Assembly: GCF_000143415.4 (NCBI RefSeq)
Contig: NW_003314287.1
Span: 1,874,951 to 1,938,950, forward strand
Reading direction: 5' to 3'
Length of the DNA: 64,000 nucleotides
Origin: Selaginella moellendorffii
Taxonomy: Eukaryota > Plantae > Lycopodiophyta
The notes below the pieces were generated by a model. That model searched no databases. It saw only the letters and a program-made list of their open reading frames with translations, and was not told the origin of the DNA. The position numbers and the translations under genes were made by a program. This document shows positions 38,430 to 53,589 of this stretch, one piece after another. Position 1 is the stretch's first letter, and each line of letters begins with the position of its first letter.

Positions 38430-41400
38430 TGTCAAGAATCCCCCAATTCTTGCCACATTCCTGACTCTCTCCTGATTCCTAACCTGTAGACCACATTCCT
38501 GATTCTCGAGACACTTCGCTATTCCTAACTCTCTGATTTCCCGTACGATTCCTGAGTCTCGAGCCACATTCCTAATGATGATGTGGCACCTCCTCGACCT
38601 CAGCTATATTTAGGCCACTTTTTCATTCCCACTAGTTTTTCTTTTTGTCTTATGCATTTTCTAGTCTTGATCTTGACAATTTGATTCAGATTGTGTTTTT
38701 TTCGTTTTTTGCTTTAGCTCATTTTGATTGTTTGATTGCCTTTGCCTTTTTTCCCCCTTTTTCTTTCTTCTTTGCCGATGGAGTCTCCAAGCCATCCTAA
38801 TTTCTTTGCCGAAGTCCTTGCAAAAATCTAGTCTAAGAATATTGAGCTGAAGGCAACCCTTCTTTGCATGCAGCAGGAGCTTGCTTCACTTTCAGCTCAA
38901 GGATCCAGCAAAGTTCCTGAACTGAAGGTGAGTTTCCTGGCGAAATTTTCAGGCAAGCGTTCGGAGCTTCGCGGATTCCTGAACTAGATGGAGCTGATCT
39001 TCGCACTTCAACATCGGTAGTACCCTACTCCCGAGTCTCAAATCGGTGCGATTGGGATGTTGCTCGAAGGTGCAGCTTTGTCATGGTTTTCTCCTCTCCT
39101 GGAGAAGAGCATGAAAGGGGTCGTGGTTCTAGAGCTGATGGATCTTCAATTGTTCAAAGAGAAGTTCGAAGCATGTTTTGGTGAGATGGATTGGGTTTAG
39201 GCTGCCACCACAAAAATGAGACGTCTCTCTCAGTGGTTTTGTCCTACCTCAATCTATGCTGTAGAGTTTCAACTCCTTGCCTTGGACACTCAGTGGGATT
39301 GATCAATTTTGTTTTAGCCTCAACAACAGTGTCAAGGATTTGTTGCTCACTATGGAGGATCCCATGGACCTGTCAGACGCTATCAACAAAGCTGTTCGAT
39401 GCGACAATTGTTTCTTTGAACGTCGTCAGGAAAGTCGCCACGCCGCCATTGTCCCGTCTGTAGCGCATGTGATCATGGGATGAGATTTGGATATACTGTC
39501 ACCGTGGATCCTTGGAACCTTGGGGGATAAATGGGGATAAAATAGCCACTAAGGGCTCTCTCATCAAGCAATTGCCCCTTTTCCAGTTGGCTTAAGGGGA
39601 GAGAGATAAGGTGCGCTACACCGTCCCAGACTCAAGAATCCCAGCTTGAGTCTTCGGGGCATACTCCTGAACCTACTGTTCTGGTCCCGATGGATATTTC
39701 TGGTACTCCCCGACTCATCAAAGGGAAGTTGAGTCCTGCTGAGAAGCAATGTGGAATATCTCATAATCTTTACCTCTACTGTGCTGATCCTAATCACAAA
39801 ACAGCTGTGTGTCCCAAGAAGCCTCCCCGACTGCTTAAATTCACTCTACCTCAAAGTCCACCTCTATTGCAATGGGGAAATGACCTTGTCCAAATAGAGT
39901 AAGAGATGTCTGTTTGGACTCCCTAAATAAAAATCACTTTTCTTCTTTATCAAGCTCCTCACCACCTTTCATCAAAGCCACCACCAATTCCCGCAACTTC
40001 TGCATCCCATGTCTCCTTTCTTTCACTGGACAATCAGGACTCAAAGCTCTGGCATTACTGGACTTGGGTGCAACTTCCTGCATCATGGACACGGACTTTG
40101 CTGCCTGACATGACATTCCTCTTTCTCCTACCGTACGGGATATGAGGGTTGAAGGCATCGGCGGGCATTTTGTGTTTCCATCTTCTGGAGTTAGGGAAAT
40201 GTTGCCCATTCGAGTACACATCGGGTCCATTGTCACCAATATCACCTTCAATATCATCAACAGCAAGTCCTCCTTTGTGGTGCTCGGCCTTCCTTGGTTC
40301 CAACTACATCAGCCTCGGATCTGTTGGAAGGAATTACAACTTGTCTCTCCCACATCACCATCTCCTATGGCTTCCCCTATTGTTTATCGAGTCCGAATCA
40401 GGAAAAGTTCCCTAAACTCAAATCAGGGTTCTGTTTTTGACTCTACGAAGTTTTCACCCTCTTCATTTTCCTCTCTTCCATCTTACACTGAACAGTATCT
40501 TCGTCTCATCATTCCATTTAGTCGTATGCCTCCTCCTATCTTCACAATCACTATGAAAGAACTCCTTCATGACGAACCTATTTTCCTTTTTGCTTTACAT
40601 GTTTCTCCTGTCAGTCTTCCTGAGAAGTATCATGATTTTAGGGATGTGTTTGACAAGAAAAAAGCTAGTGTACTGCCTGTTCATTGGCCTTATAACTGTC
40701 CTATTGATTTACAGGAAGGAGTGTCACCTCCATGGGGGCCTATCTACGGGTTATCCCCATCCGAGCTTAAGGCCCTTAAAGAATACGTGGATGAGAACCT
40801 TGCCTCGGGGTACATTCAGCATTTATAGTCCTCGGCTGGAGCGTCTATCTTCTTTGTCAAGAAGAAGGATGGGAGTTTGCGGCTAGTCATCGACTACCGA
40901 GGTTTGAACAAGGTGATTGTTCAGAACTGTTATCTGCTGCCCCTGATCTTGGACCTGTTGGAACGCCTCGGCGGTGCCCGCTTCTTCACCAAGATCGACC
41001 TCCATGGAGCATACAACCTGATTCAGATCCGGCCTGGTGATGAATAGAAGACTGTGTTCCAAACCTGCTATGGCCACTTCGAGTACACTGTCATGCCATT
41101 TGGCTTGACAAATGCTCTAGCAATTTTCCAACACATGGTGAACGGCGTCTTTCAGGAGTTTCTTGATCAGATGGTGATCGTCTACCTCGATGACATCCTC
41201 ATCTACTCAAAAACTCAGGAGGAGCACGACGAGCATGTGCGCAAGGTGCTGGCGAAGCTGCGGGAACATGGCTTATATGCGAAGCTTGAGAAATGTTCCT
41301 TCGATCAGGAGTCTATAGAGTTCCTTGGGTACATTGTCACTCTTGAGGGTATCACAATGGATCCTGCCAAAGTCAAGACTATTCTTGAATGGGAGCCTCC

Positions 41401-42850
41401 ACAATCAATGTCGGATGTTCAAGTTTTCCTTGGCTTCACCAACTTCTACCGCAAATTCATTGATCACTACTCTGACATTGTCCTTCCTCTCATGCATCTC
41501 ACTCACAAGGATGTTCCCTTCTTTTGGTCTGCTGCTACCCAACAAGCCTTCGACACACTCAAGGCGGCCTTCAGTTATGCTCTCGTCTTGCTCCACGCTA
41601 ATCCCTCACAACCTTTCTTCATCAAGGCTAACGCCTCCGACTTTGCCATCGGTGCTGTGCTGTCTTAACTCGAAGCGGATCAAGAATTTCATCCGGTCAC
41701 TTTCCATTCTCGGAAATTCCAGCTTGCGGAGATCAATTACAAAATCCACGATAAGGAGCTCTTTGCCATTGTGGATTCCTTTGGAAAGTGGTGTTGTTTC
41801 TTGGAGGGGGTGGGCCATCAAACAACGGTTTGGACGGATCACAAAAATCTCGAGTACTTTGCCACTTCCCAAGTTTTGAGCCGTTGTCAAGCAAGATGGG
41901 CACAATTCCTAAGTCGGTTTGACTTTGTTATCAAATACAGACTTGGAAAGCTTCAAGGCCTTTCTGATGCTCTTTCAAGGCACTCCTATCTCAGTCTCAG
42001 GCCTGATAGTCCTACCTTCGATCAATAGGATCAAGTTATCCTCGGTCTTGATCAGCTTCAAGTTATGGCAATTTCCTTGGCCCCTCAAGACTCCTCCTTG
42101 ATAGATGTGATCACTAATGATCTTCAATCTGATGACCTCGCTAGTGACATTTTCCCCCATCTTTAGGCTGGACACCCAGTGACTCTCGACTACCAGCGAT
42201 TTGACGAGTTCGAGTACTTAGATGGCTTGTTGTACCGTGGGGAGTAACTTTACATTCCTGAAGGTGATGCTCGAAGGTTGGTCCTGATGGCGTGCCACGA
42301 TAGCCCGACTGCTAGTCACTTTGGCATTGCGAAAACCTATGAGCTAATTGCACGGGACTTTTGGTGGCCTCACATGGACGACTACATTAAAGCTTTTGTT
42401 ACCTCCTGTGACACTTGCGCTTGGAATAAGGTACCTCGCCACCTTCCTTTAGGTTTGCTTCATTCCCTCCCAGTCCCTTCAGGTCCTTGGGAATCCATCT
42501 TCATGGATTTCTTGAGTGATCTTCGGAGTTCTGAAGGCTTCAATAACATTTTAGTTGTGGTGGATCGCTTCACAAAGATGGCGCACTTCCTGCCGTGTAC
42601 CAAGGAGTTTTCGGGCAAGGACATGGCAAAATTGGTATTCAGGGAAATTTTCCGACTTCATGGGATTCTTGCAAATGTGGTTTCGGATCGGGGACCTCAG
42701 TTTATCTCTCATTTCTAGCAATGGTTTTTGCAGCTGCTTGGAGTGAAGGCCAACCTCTCTTCGGCGTATCATCCTTAAACTGATAGACAGTCCGAGTGAA
42801 CAATTCAGACGTTGGAACAATTCCTGAGGTGTTTCATCAACTATCACAGA
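38430..42850 (+). mobile_element. Nested Ty3/gypsy (Tf2/Tcn1-like) retrotransposon, 3' truncated
   Basis: LTR TGTCAAGA...TCTTGACA at 38430-38678. gag from 38778 (FSGKRSELRGFL, PMDIS, decayed CCHC), protease LLDLGA, RT YLDD, RNase H, integrase (CHDSP..HFG, VVVDRFTK, SDRG). Many premature stops. Confidence 0.92.
39459..39620. mobile_element. Solo LTR (162 bp) inserted in the gag of the nested element
   Basis: TGTAGCGCA...TGCGCTACA termini with a 5-bp target-site duplication CCGTC on both sides. Confidence 0.9.
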
Positions 42851-43044
42851 CATGTTCCTCCCATGTCCCTTCCGAGTGGATCAAAATATCATCAATGAAG
42901 TCAATAGTCACATTTGGCATATCGCAAAGAACTTCATCCATCATCCATAAGAAAGTTGTTATAGCATTGTTCAAACCAAATGGCATCACCAAAAACTTGT
43001 ATAAACTAAACGGTGTACGAAAAGTAGTCTTAGGAATATTTTCT

Positions 43045-43526
43045 TGTAGTGCATGTGATTATAGGATAAGATTTACATATGCTATCACTATGGATCCTTG
43101 GAACCTTGGAAGATAAATGGGGATAAAATAGCCATTAAGGGCTCTCTCATCAAGCAATTGCCCCTTTTCTAGTTGGCTTAAAGAGAGAAAGATAGAGTGC
43201 GTTACATGTGGCAAATGGCATAGGTTTGATTCCCATTGATTAATGGCTACTTAAAAATATAATATACCTTTGAGTAAAGTATATTTCTACCCCTAAATTT
43301 GAAATCGTATGTATTGGGCATCTATGTGTATGTCCTTTCTCTTTGTGAAGCATCCACAGATGAAGGTATCCATCGTGATCATGGGATAAGATTTGGATAT
43401 ACTGTCACTATAGATTCTTGGAACATTAGGGGATAAATGGGGATAAAATAGCCATTGACGGCTTTTTTATTAAGTAATTGCCCCTTTTCCAATTGGCTTA
43501 AGGGGAGAGAGATAGGGTGCACTACA
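43045..43526. mobile_element. TRIM-like miniature LTR element, same LTR family as 39459-39620
   Basis: Two terminal repeats (43045-43206 and ~43372-43526) around ~165 bp of non-coding sequence. TSD TTTCT. Removing the element restores the host RT peptide PMVEENIPKT. Confidence 0.87.
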
Positions 43527-45947
43527 TTTCTTCAACCATCGGTACTTGTCAATACCCAAAAGCAAGATTTAGCTTGGTGAACCAACAACTTCTCCCCAGA
43601 AGATCCAAGAGATCAATAATGTGAGGAAGAGGGTACACATCCGGGATCATCACTTTGTTTAATAAACAATAGTCAATGCAGAAACAAATACTCCCATCAA
43701 GCTTCATCACAAGATCAGGTTTACATGCTTAAGGACTCCATGACTTTCGAATAACACCCTTTTCTAACATCTCTTTGACGTTTGCACGTAAAATCTTGAT
43801 CTCTTTGGGTGATTGACGACAAACAAGAACCTTGATTGGACGAGCATCCCCGGCTGGAATCGGATGATATGTGGCAATCTTGGCCCCAGATGATAGGTCA
43901 AATTTAAAGAGATCAGCATACTCCTTCATGAGCTGGTCAACTATTGCAACACAAAGATTGTCAAAGGGATTGGAAAAGGGAAGAGCATAACAAGATGGAA
44001 ATATAGGAGAAAGTAGTGGGGAGACAAAAGTAATGGAAGCAGAAATAAAAGCAAAAAGACAAAGAGAAATGAAAGTGAGAGGAATGGATAAAATATAAGG
44101 AAATATGAAATAAGGGGGAGAAGCCTCAAAATCATATTTAACATGCTTGCATTATAACCAATCCATACCAAGTATGAGGTCAAAAGCTTGACTCAGCACC
44201 ACCCACAATAACTGCAACCCAATCTCAAGATTACCCACATGCACAACTAAGTCTATCTCATCCCATACACATGTGTATGGCCATTTGCCATAAAGAATGA
44301 AAATTGGCTCCACTACGTAGACGGCAACGTGTGGTAATAGTTTGAGAAATAGAAGATAAATTCGAACCTATATCAACCAACATAGAGAGAATAAAAGGAA
44401 ACCTCTTACTATAAAAACGAGCTTGGAAAGTAAATACTAGATGAACTAATGTGAAATAAACCCCTTAATGATACTCCCGAAAGAAATATGAAAGGGTCAT
44501 TGACTTATTCACGCAAGGTCCCTCCATTACTTATGCGATTCTTCATTTCCCGGATGCATCTCGGTGTCCAGACTTTCCACTATAGCAGCACCAACAGGAC
44601 GTTGTTGATGCCAAGGTCTCCACCCAGGAAATGGAGGTCGCCAATCCGGAAAACACCGATAACGTTGATAAGTGTGACCAACTTCATCACATGCCTAACA
44701 GCGAACATCACGGCCACGACTATGTCCTCACCCTTGTCCTTGGACTCGAGCAGCAACAGCATCAACCTCCATTGGAACAGGACCATCGCCCACAGGAAGT
44801 GGAGTCGAAGAACGTGCAGCCAAACGTGGAAGAGACAATGTCTTATAATGTTGTGCCAAGTGAAGAACATTATTAAGGGTGGCTAGAGCAAGTGCATGCA
44901 CAAGTTCAACAAGATCTTGGTAAAGTGCTGGCCACAACATTCCTATCTTGATCCATTCAAACATATTTGGTTTCGCACGAATCAAGAGGCTTCAGAAACG
45001 AATGCCAAATTGCATCACCGACTTAGATAGCCTTTGACAAAGATGATGTAATTGTTGGAAGGCATCATCACAATTGTCAGCATGTTCAAATGTGCATTTG
45101 AAGATGTCTGGGAAACACTCCAGTCCAAACACTCCAACACTACAGCACTATCTCTTAGAGACACATAGGAAACTCATAAAAACTTTAAGCATTATCCTAA
45201 GAATAATATGTGGCAATCACTGTGAAGTGATCGAACCAATAATACATATCATCCCTAAGATTTCGACGAAAGAACTCTGGCCGAACGTGAGGATTGGCAC
45301 AAAGAGCAAGAGGAGCTGTACCATGTGCCATAAATACCGCCATCAACTGAGTTTAGTTATTCAATTGCAATTGCATAGCATTAATCAATTGCACCAACTA
45401 TTGCTCTAGAGTCAAAGGAGGAGGAGTGCTTTGCTATGAAAATGAATGAAAGGAAAGAGCAAAAGAAGATAAATGAAAAAAAAAAGCTAGAAGGAAAGGG
45501 AGATTTAGACAATAAAGTTAAATCTAAACCAAAATCCTGAAAAGATAGAACAAAAGAAAGGAAATGGAAAAAGCTAAATCTAGACGATTCAAAAGTTAGA
45601 TTTAAACCAAAATCCTAAACCTAAGCACTTCTTAGGGACAATCAAAGGTGCCCCTCACCTCCACCAATGTGAGTGTATGGAATATAAAAAGGGAATATAG
45701 AAAATATGCATATCAATTAACCCAAAAACCCTAGTTTATATACAAGAGCAAGTGGTTTGGATTAAAACCAATTTGACAACTACTAAAATCCCACTATGCT
45801 AATATTAGTATATGGCATCGTAATTGTACACTTGGACCTCACACATCCTTTATATAATCAATATCTTAACTATTGTAAATATAACAACAAATATTTTGCA
45901 ACAATTAACATCCTTTATAATAATTTTGTTGACCATCATATCTTCTT

Positions 45948-45970
45948 TATATATATATATATATATATAT
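45948..45970. repeat. (TA)n microsatellite
   Basis: tatatatatatatatatatatat seen directly. Confidence 0.9.
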
Positions 45971-46519
45971 AAAAAGTGTTAACTCAAAAAGATGTCTAGA
46001 TATAAATATGCTTTTGTATTTACAAAAACCAAGATGTTTTTGATAAATATTGATATGGCATATTAGGATATCCAGATATTAATATAGTGCTATAGTGCTA
46101 TATACATTACACATACTTATTAAGTTGAAATTATTATTTGTATATTGTGAACATCAGTGGTAATTTCTAATCATATTGTGAAGTAGCATAATTTCCAGCA
46201 ACAAAAGTGATATGTGAAGCACCAAATGCTATTATTATTGTAATTGTTTTCTAAAATTCTACCCAATTCACCTCTTATAGTAGCTCCTTTCTTTGTACTA
46301 TCTACAATATTCATAGACAAAAGAATGTTCAGTTGTTCAATCAAAATATTTATTGTAATAATTGTTTTTGTTCCATCCTTATTTATTAGTTTTGCTTGAC
46401 CATCTTACTTTTGCTTGCAAGTATGCCATTTGGAATAGCTACAACCATACTATTAATTGCATTAAAAAGTAAATGACGGTGTTGAGTTAAATTTTTAATT
46501 TTATCTTTGTAAAAATTAA

Positions 46520-49500
46520 TTGCAGTGACATCATGCCAATTGTGACTTTGAGCTTTCTCCCCCTTGCTTTATACTTCTTTATATTTCTTCCATTGTTCCT
46601 TTTGTCTTTTCACTTTTATCTTTTCTTCCATTACTTCTTATTGTGTTTCCATTTTACTTTTCAATTCCTTCTCTAAATCCCCTTTAATAGTCTTTGTGTT
46701 GTAGTGGTTGATCGAGTAAAAAAAAAGTATATTGATCTCTTCAAATTTAACCTATCATCTTGAGCCAAGATTGTAATACATTATTTTATTCCAATTGGGG
46801 ATTCTCATCTAATCAAGCTTCCTATCCAATGTTGATCACCAAAGGATATTAAAATTTTATGCACAAACATCAAAGATATGTTAGAGAAGGGTGTTATTCA
46901 AAAGTTTTAGTGTTTTTAAGTATGTGAATCTTATCTTGTGATGAAGTCTAATGGGAGTATTTACTTTTGCATCAACTATCATCTATTAAATGAAGTGACT
47001 ATTTTAAATGTGTACCTTTTTCCTCATACTATTGATCTTCTAGATTATCTAGGGAGAAGTTATTGATTCACCAAATTAGACTTTGGTTTTAGGTATTGGC
47101 AAATGTTATTATATGAGAACAATGTTCCCAAAATTGTTTTTTTATATATAATATAGTTTATATGAGTTCTTGGTGATGATATTTGGTTTGAACAATATTC
47201 AGGTGACTTTCCAGCAGATAATGGATAAAGTTCTTTACAATATGCTAAAGGTGACAATTGATTTTATTGATGATGTCTGATCCATTTAAAGGGGATATAA
47301 GAGGACACATCCATGATATTTGTAAAATATTAGATCAACTGCAGGAAGTTAATTGAAAACTAAATCTGTCAAAATGCGTGTTTGGATCCAAAAATATAAT
47401 TTATCTTGGGTATTATATTTATTGTGAGGGTTTGCAAATTGATCATAATAAGCTTGTAGCTAAAGTTTCTTATTCAAAGTTTGCGAATGATGTGCAACAC
47501 TTCCTAAGCAAGATGCAACATTTCAGTCATTTTATTGATTATCTTTTTTATCATATTATACTATTGTGAGTGTTGTTGAAGTCATTAATATTATCTTTCA
47601 TTTAGTCAAATGATTATGAATGGGCATTCACGGATCTCAAAGAAATGTTAATGACTCTTCCAATTTTGGCGTAACTTAACTACATTTGACTGTTCATCTT
47701 ACATGTGGATGCTTTGATATCGGTCTCATAAATGTCTTGATATAAGAGAGTACAAGTGTGCATGATCAGTATCATCCCATTATATACATCAGTAGTATAT
47801 TACAATTAGCATAGGTAAATTACTCCATGATAGAAGAGTGTTTAGTAGTAGTTTAGGGTTTTGAGAAGCTTCATATATATTTGCATGGTTTTCAAACATT
47901 ATTAAAAAGTGATCATGCTACAATTACTTCATTATTGAAGTAGAAGAATTTGGTTAATTTTATTGCTCAATGGGCTTTGAAGCTTTAGATATATAATTTC
48001 AAAGTTGTTAATTGCCTAGGGAGTTTTATAATTAATATTGATGCCCTTTCTTGAATTTTTCTCCTTTTTTTACTCTCTTTTTTTATTCTTTACGAGCTTG
48101 TTATTTTAACATCTATGGATTTTGTAAACAAAAATTCTGTGCCGTCAAAGGTTGTTGTATTTGATGTTCAATATCCATAAAGTGCAGAACAAGATTTACC
48201 TTCTTTTAACGAGGTTCATAATGTTTAAAATGTTGAGTTGTGGATCTAAAGGCTTTGTAATGGGTTCAAAAATCTTACATTACTTACTAATAACTTATCA
48301 TTTTGGCATTTGGCATTTGGGGAGAGGTCTTAATAATCATTTACGGTTGGTGGTGCATTTGATATTTATTTTGCACTTTCTCCATATTTATTATTATTCT
48401 TCTATTTTAAATAGGCATATAAGATATTGTCATATAAATGAGAAGTTATATAAGTCTTTTTATTGGTCGGAGATGTGATATGATGTTATCTAATATGTAT
48501 GTAACTGCATTTAATGTTAAACTTGTAATACTTCCCCTTATGCTATAAAAAGACAATTAGAGTCAATTACAATTTCCCATTCATTTGAGTTGATAGCATG
48601 TGATATAATAGAGCTTCTAACATGGTTAATTGCTAATAATAAGTATGTCATTATTACTTTTGACTATTTAACTCGTTAAGTGGAAGTTGGTGCTCTTGTT
48701 AATGCATCTACAATTACTATTGAATACTTTCTCCTCTAATATTCTTATCTAAAGTGGATTCTCTTGAATAATGGTCTTACATTAATAGCTAAGGCATTTT
48801 ATGTTTTAACATTTTAGTTGGGTATACATCACACTTTTACAAGTGCTTTTCATCCAAAGATGAATGGTTTGCTAAAATAAATTATTCAGAACTTAAATGA
48901 TTGTAAAGTACATGAAATTTTTGCATTTCATTTAGGATAGTTATTTTCCTTTTCTTTGATATGCATATGTTATAGGGGTACAGAGTTCCATCAGTGCTTC
49001 ACTATATAAATTCTTATATGGTTATGATCTAATATTATCAATAGAATTGAGTTTACTTATATGATTGCTATGAGCTATTAATGATAAGTTTAAGAATCAA
49101 TATTTGATAAGTATTTTTCCACTAGTTCAAGTGAAGTTTATTGAACATTTGGGTTGTGTACAAGTGGGATAACAACACTACAACTCTCATTATCATCTAC
49201 TTACAAAATATAAAGTGGATGATTTAGTGTTAATTTGTTTTCCCATTTTTACAGTATGTGGTTTAGGTGTTGCAATAAGTTAGACCACTAAGTTTATAAA
49301 ATTTAATATAACATTCAATTGGCTAGAAATTATACATTTATAATAATTAAAGTATTTTGTATAAAGGGATCAAAAATAACTACCTATAGATAATCTTCCT
49401 CGAAACCCTAGCCTAACAACTAAAGAAACTTGATTGCCTTCCATCCTTCCGAGAGGGAATGATATGAGGTCTAAATGTATAATTACAATGCCATATATTA

Positions 49501-49617
49501 ATATTAGTATAGTAGAATTTTAGTAGCAATTGGATTAGTTTTAATCCTGAAAACTCACTTCTGTATATAAGTTAAAGTTTTGGGATTAATCATATTTCTA
49601 TATTCTATACACTCATA
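46520..49617 (+). mobile_element. Older, heavily mutated copy of the 36610-45843 gypsy family in the opposite orientation
   Basis: RT, RNase H and integrase remnants align to the reverse complement of 36800-38400 and 42850-44150. PPT gagagggaatga, then 3' LTR at 49463-49617. The 5' end is missing. Confidence 0.85.
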
Positions 49618-50299
49618 ATAGTAGTTTTATTATAGACTTATTTGCATGATACCTGGTCATTGGGAATGAGAATATTCATCTCATACATTCTATGGGCATG
49701 ATAGCACCACAGGATTAGGTAGTGCTAGAGCTCCAACACTAGAATCTTAAGTATTTTCTTTAGAGAGCTAGGTTTTTTGATATTTTGCTGGACTGGATTG
49801 GTGATTGTCGGCTCCTTGGAATGCAAGTAGAGGCTACTCAGTGTTGCCTTTTCGGCTGATCCATCTCAGGTTTGTTGGACTTCTTTTTTGGATAAAAAGG
49901 CTCCTTGTTTCATTGTCTTTGTCCCAGGAAGTAGATCGATTGAATCATATGTGGGGAATTATGTTCTTTGTCGGTACTTAACTTTTTGTTTTAAGAACCT
50001 TTCTAGCTTGTCTTCTCGTTTTCTATATGTAAGGTGTTTTCAAGTACTTGGAATACATCTTAAACCAGACTAGGGCCTCAATATCTTAATTGTTCCCATG
50101 GGTAAAGATTTCTCCCATTCTTCGTTCAAGTATCTAGACAAATTCCATGTCAAGCTTTGCAGCATTAGTTTGCTCCTCTGCACTTTCTACCGTGGCAGCA
50201 CTTTACCAAGGTCTTTAGGATACCACAATATTTTTAACGTGTTTGTTTACTTGCGCTCGGATTTCGTCTGCTGGTCCAGTCTACTTTAAATTTGGCCTA

Positions 50300-50920
50300 G
50301 TTGCTTTGAGAATTCTTATAGGTTTTAAGACTGATCTGGAACGGTAAAGCTTGTTTATCATAAAGTGAACGTAGTGCTCAAGTATCTCGATTACAGGTGA
50401 AGATAGGCGATCAGAATATCAAAGATGTTAGCCTCGGTCTTTAATTGGGTATTGGAGTAGTACCGCAAACTGCTAACCACTTATGGTTACCTCAGATTGT
50501 TTTTAACACGAAACAAGCTGCCATTCATGAGTCAATTCTCAAGTTTCCAAAGCAATACGAAACCATGGTTTGGCGAGAGGGAACTAAAGATATTCAAAGC
50601 TCTTTACTTCCGTCTAGCTTTGCAGCTGAGTGGAGGATAGATAGCGCTGGCAAGAGCATTCCTCAAATCCTCTTGTAAGCCAGTTGTGTTGTTCCCTTGA
50701 ACGTTTCACGACGCGTTTTCTTATCAGGTTGTGTGAAGCAACGAATTCTCTAGATTCCACCACCGAGGAAGAAATTCTATCGTCTCTCAGGTCACTTGCG
50801 GCCGCCATATTCATTGCTCACCGTCTCACAACAGCACTGAACTGCGACGAGGTATACGTTTCTGTTAGCTTTGCAAGAGCTGGGCGGTATGCTCAGCTCT
50901 GGGCGCAACAGAAAAGCTTG
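50300..50920 (+). pseudogene. ATM-type ABC transporter 3' fragment
   Basis: [41 protein letters not shown] and [10 protein letters not shown], with deletions. Confidence 0.87.
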
Positions 50921-50922
50921 GA

Positions 50923-51272
50923 TTATGGTCCATCGCTGAGCTCTTCGCCAGATTATATGACCCTTACTACAACCAATCACTCAGGAGCCAGTGTCCCAGC
51001 AGTGGTGGTGACTCAAACCTTTCTCCTCTAGATTTGCAAACTCCAGTGGTGTTTGACAACAAGTACTACAAGAACTTGATAAATTTCAGTGGATTGTTCC
51101 ACTCTGACCAGACACTGTGGAGTGGTGGTGATTGGACAGTTGCGTAGCTGGTGCACACTTATGCCATGGATCAAGTGCGATTTTTCCAGGACTGTGCGAC
51201 TGGAATGATCAATATGGGGAACCTCAAGCCGCTCTTGGCTCCAATCGTAAATACTGTCGCAAAGTGAACTAG
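50923..51272 (+). pseudogene. Peroxidase type B 3' fragment fused to the ATM fragment
   Basis: [11 protein letters not shown]...[20 protein letters not shown], with a frameshift and an in-frame TAG. Confidence 0.87.
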
Positions 51273-51338
51273 ATTTTTTCAATATATAAAAGTTATCTCT
51301 TGGTTCGAAGGTGTTTATCAAGTATACTTCTTCTCATG

Positions 51339-52440
<1,102 letters not shown>

Positions 52441-53589
52441 TTAGCTTCACTCGAAATGCCTGGCCTTTGAAACGTTTGGAAGGGTTGCATTTATAGATAA
52501 AGCCTCGCCGTATTGAGCACGGGTGCCACGGTGGTGAATGATATTAAACACAACTCGAGCCGGTGTATTTTGACAAGCTTTTTTGTTTTGTTATGGAATA
52601 AGTCGTAACCATTTCATGTGGTGAAAGTCGGCGATGGCACACAAGTTCAAACCTTTCACCCTCGAAAGAACCATATCTCACAACCTCCAAATATCACATG
52701 AGATGATCAAGCTTGTCATGACGCAAAAAAAAGTCAAGTACCACTCAAATGCATCCTGTGACTTTGGACAAGTTTTTCTTGGTGGAGTATTTTCACTCCC
52801 TTTCTGCCACCAAAGCATGCCTGTTACAATTTTTCTTTGCTGGCTAATGACTCCACAGCCCAAAAACCTTGTGAATAAGACATTAGAACTTTCGAGGAGA
52901 AAGCCTCCTTCTCCTAAGTGCATTCTGCAATTAGTAAATGAGAAAGAGTTTGCCAGAAAAACACTTAGATCCTCTTTATTATCTTCACCTAAAGAGGAAG
53001 TACTAAAATTAATAGAAAAATATAATACTTCATTTAGATATTTTCTTATAATTTATTTCTACATTATTTAAAATATCATAAAATTCTTATAAAAAGATAT
53101 ATAAGAGAAAATTGATTTTTCATATTAAATCCCAACAAAAAATAATAATATTTTAGAACTTAATGCAGATTTAAAATAAAATTTAACATATATTTAATAA
53201 CAATTTATCTTTTTTTGTTATTGTAACTAGTGTAACTATTATTATATTATATAAATGTGCCTATTTTTAAAATATATATAAAGTAAATTATTATTACTGT
53301 AAATATATAATACAAATATTTAATCCTTTTTTTCTGTATAAAATTACATTTTTATAATATTATTATTAAAACTACTAATAAAAACTAGTTAAAATAATAA
53401 TCAAAGATAAAAAACTATAGATATACTATCAATTTTTGATTACTTTGTTACAAGGGTTACATCTAGATACAATGTCAACCACACTCTAATAAGGACTTCA
53501 TACTCCCCTTCAATTTTGTCAATTTAAAAATTAAAAGCATATAAAAGATTCTAATTATACCAATAATATGATCTTGGATGATTTTTCAT

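Larger units (their letters stand above)
36610..45843 (-). mobile_element. Degenerate Ty3/gypsy LTR retrotransposon (host element)
   Basis: 176-bp LTRs at 36610-36785 and 45668-45843, with flanking CATC duplication. Putative PBS TGGTGGAG next to 45667 and PPT at ~36786-36800. Remnants of gag (PMEVD), RT (FIDD at ~42890) and integrase (ILSDNG). Confidence 0.9.
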
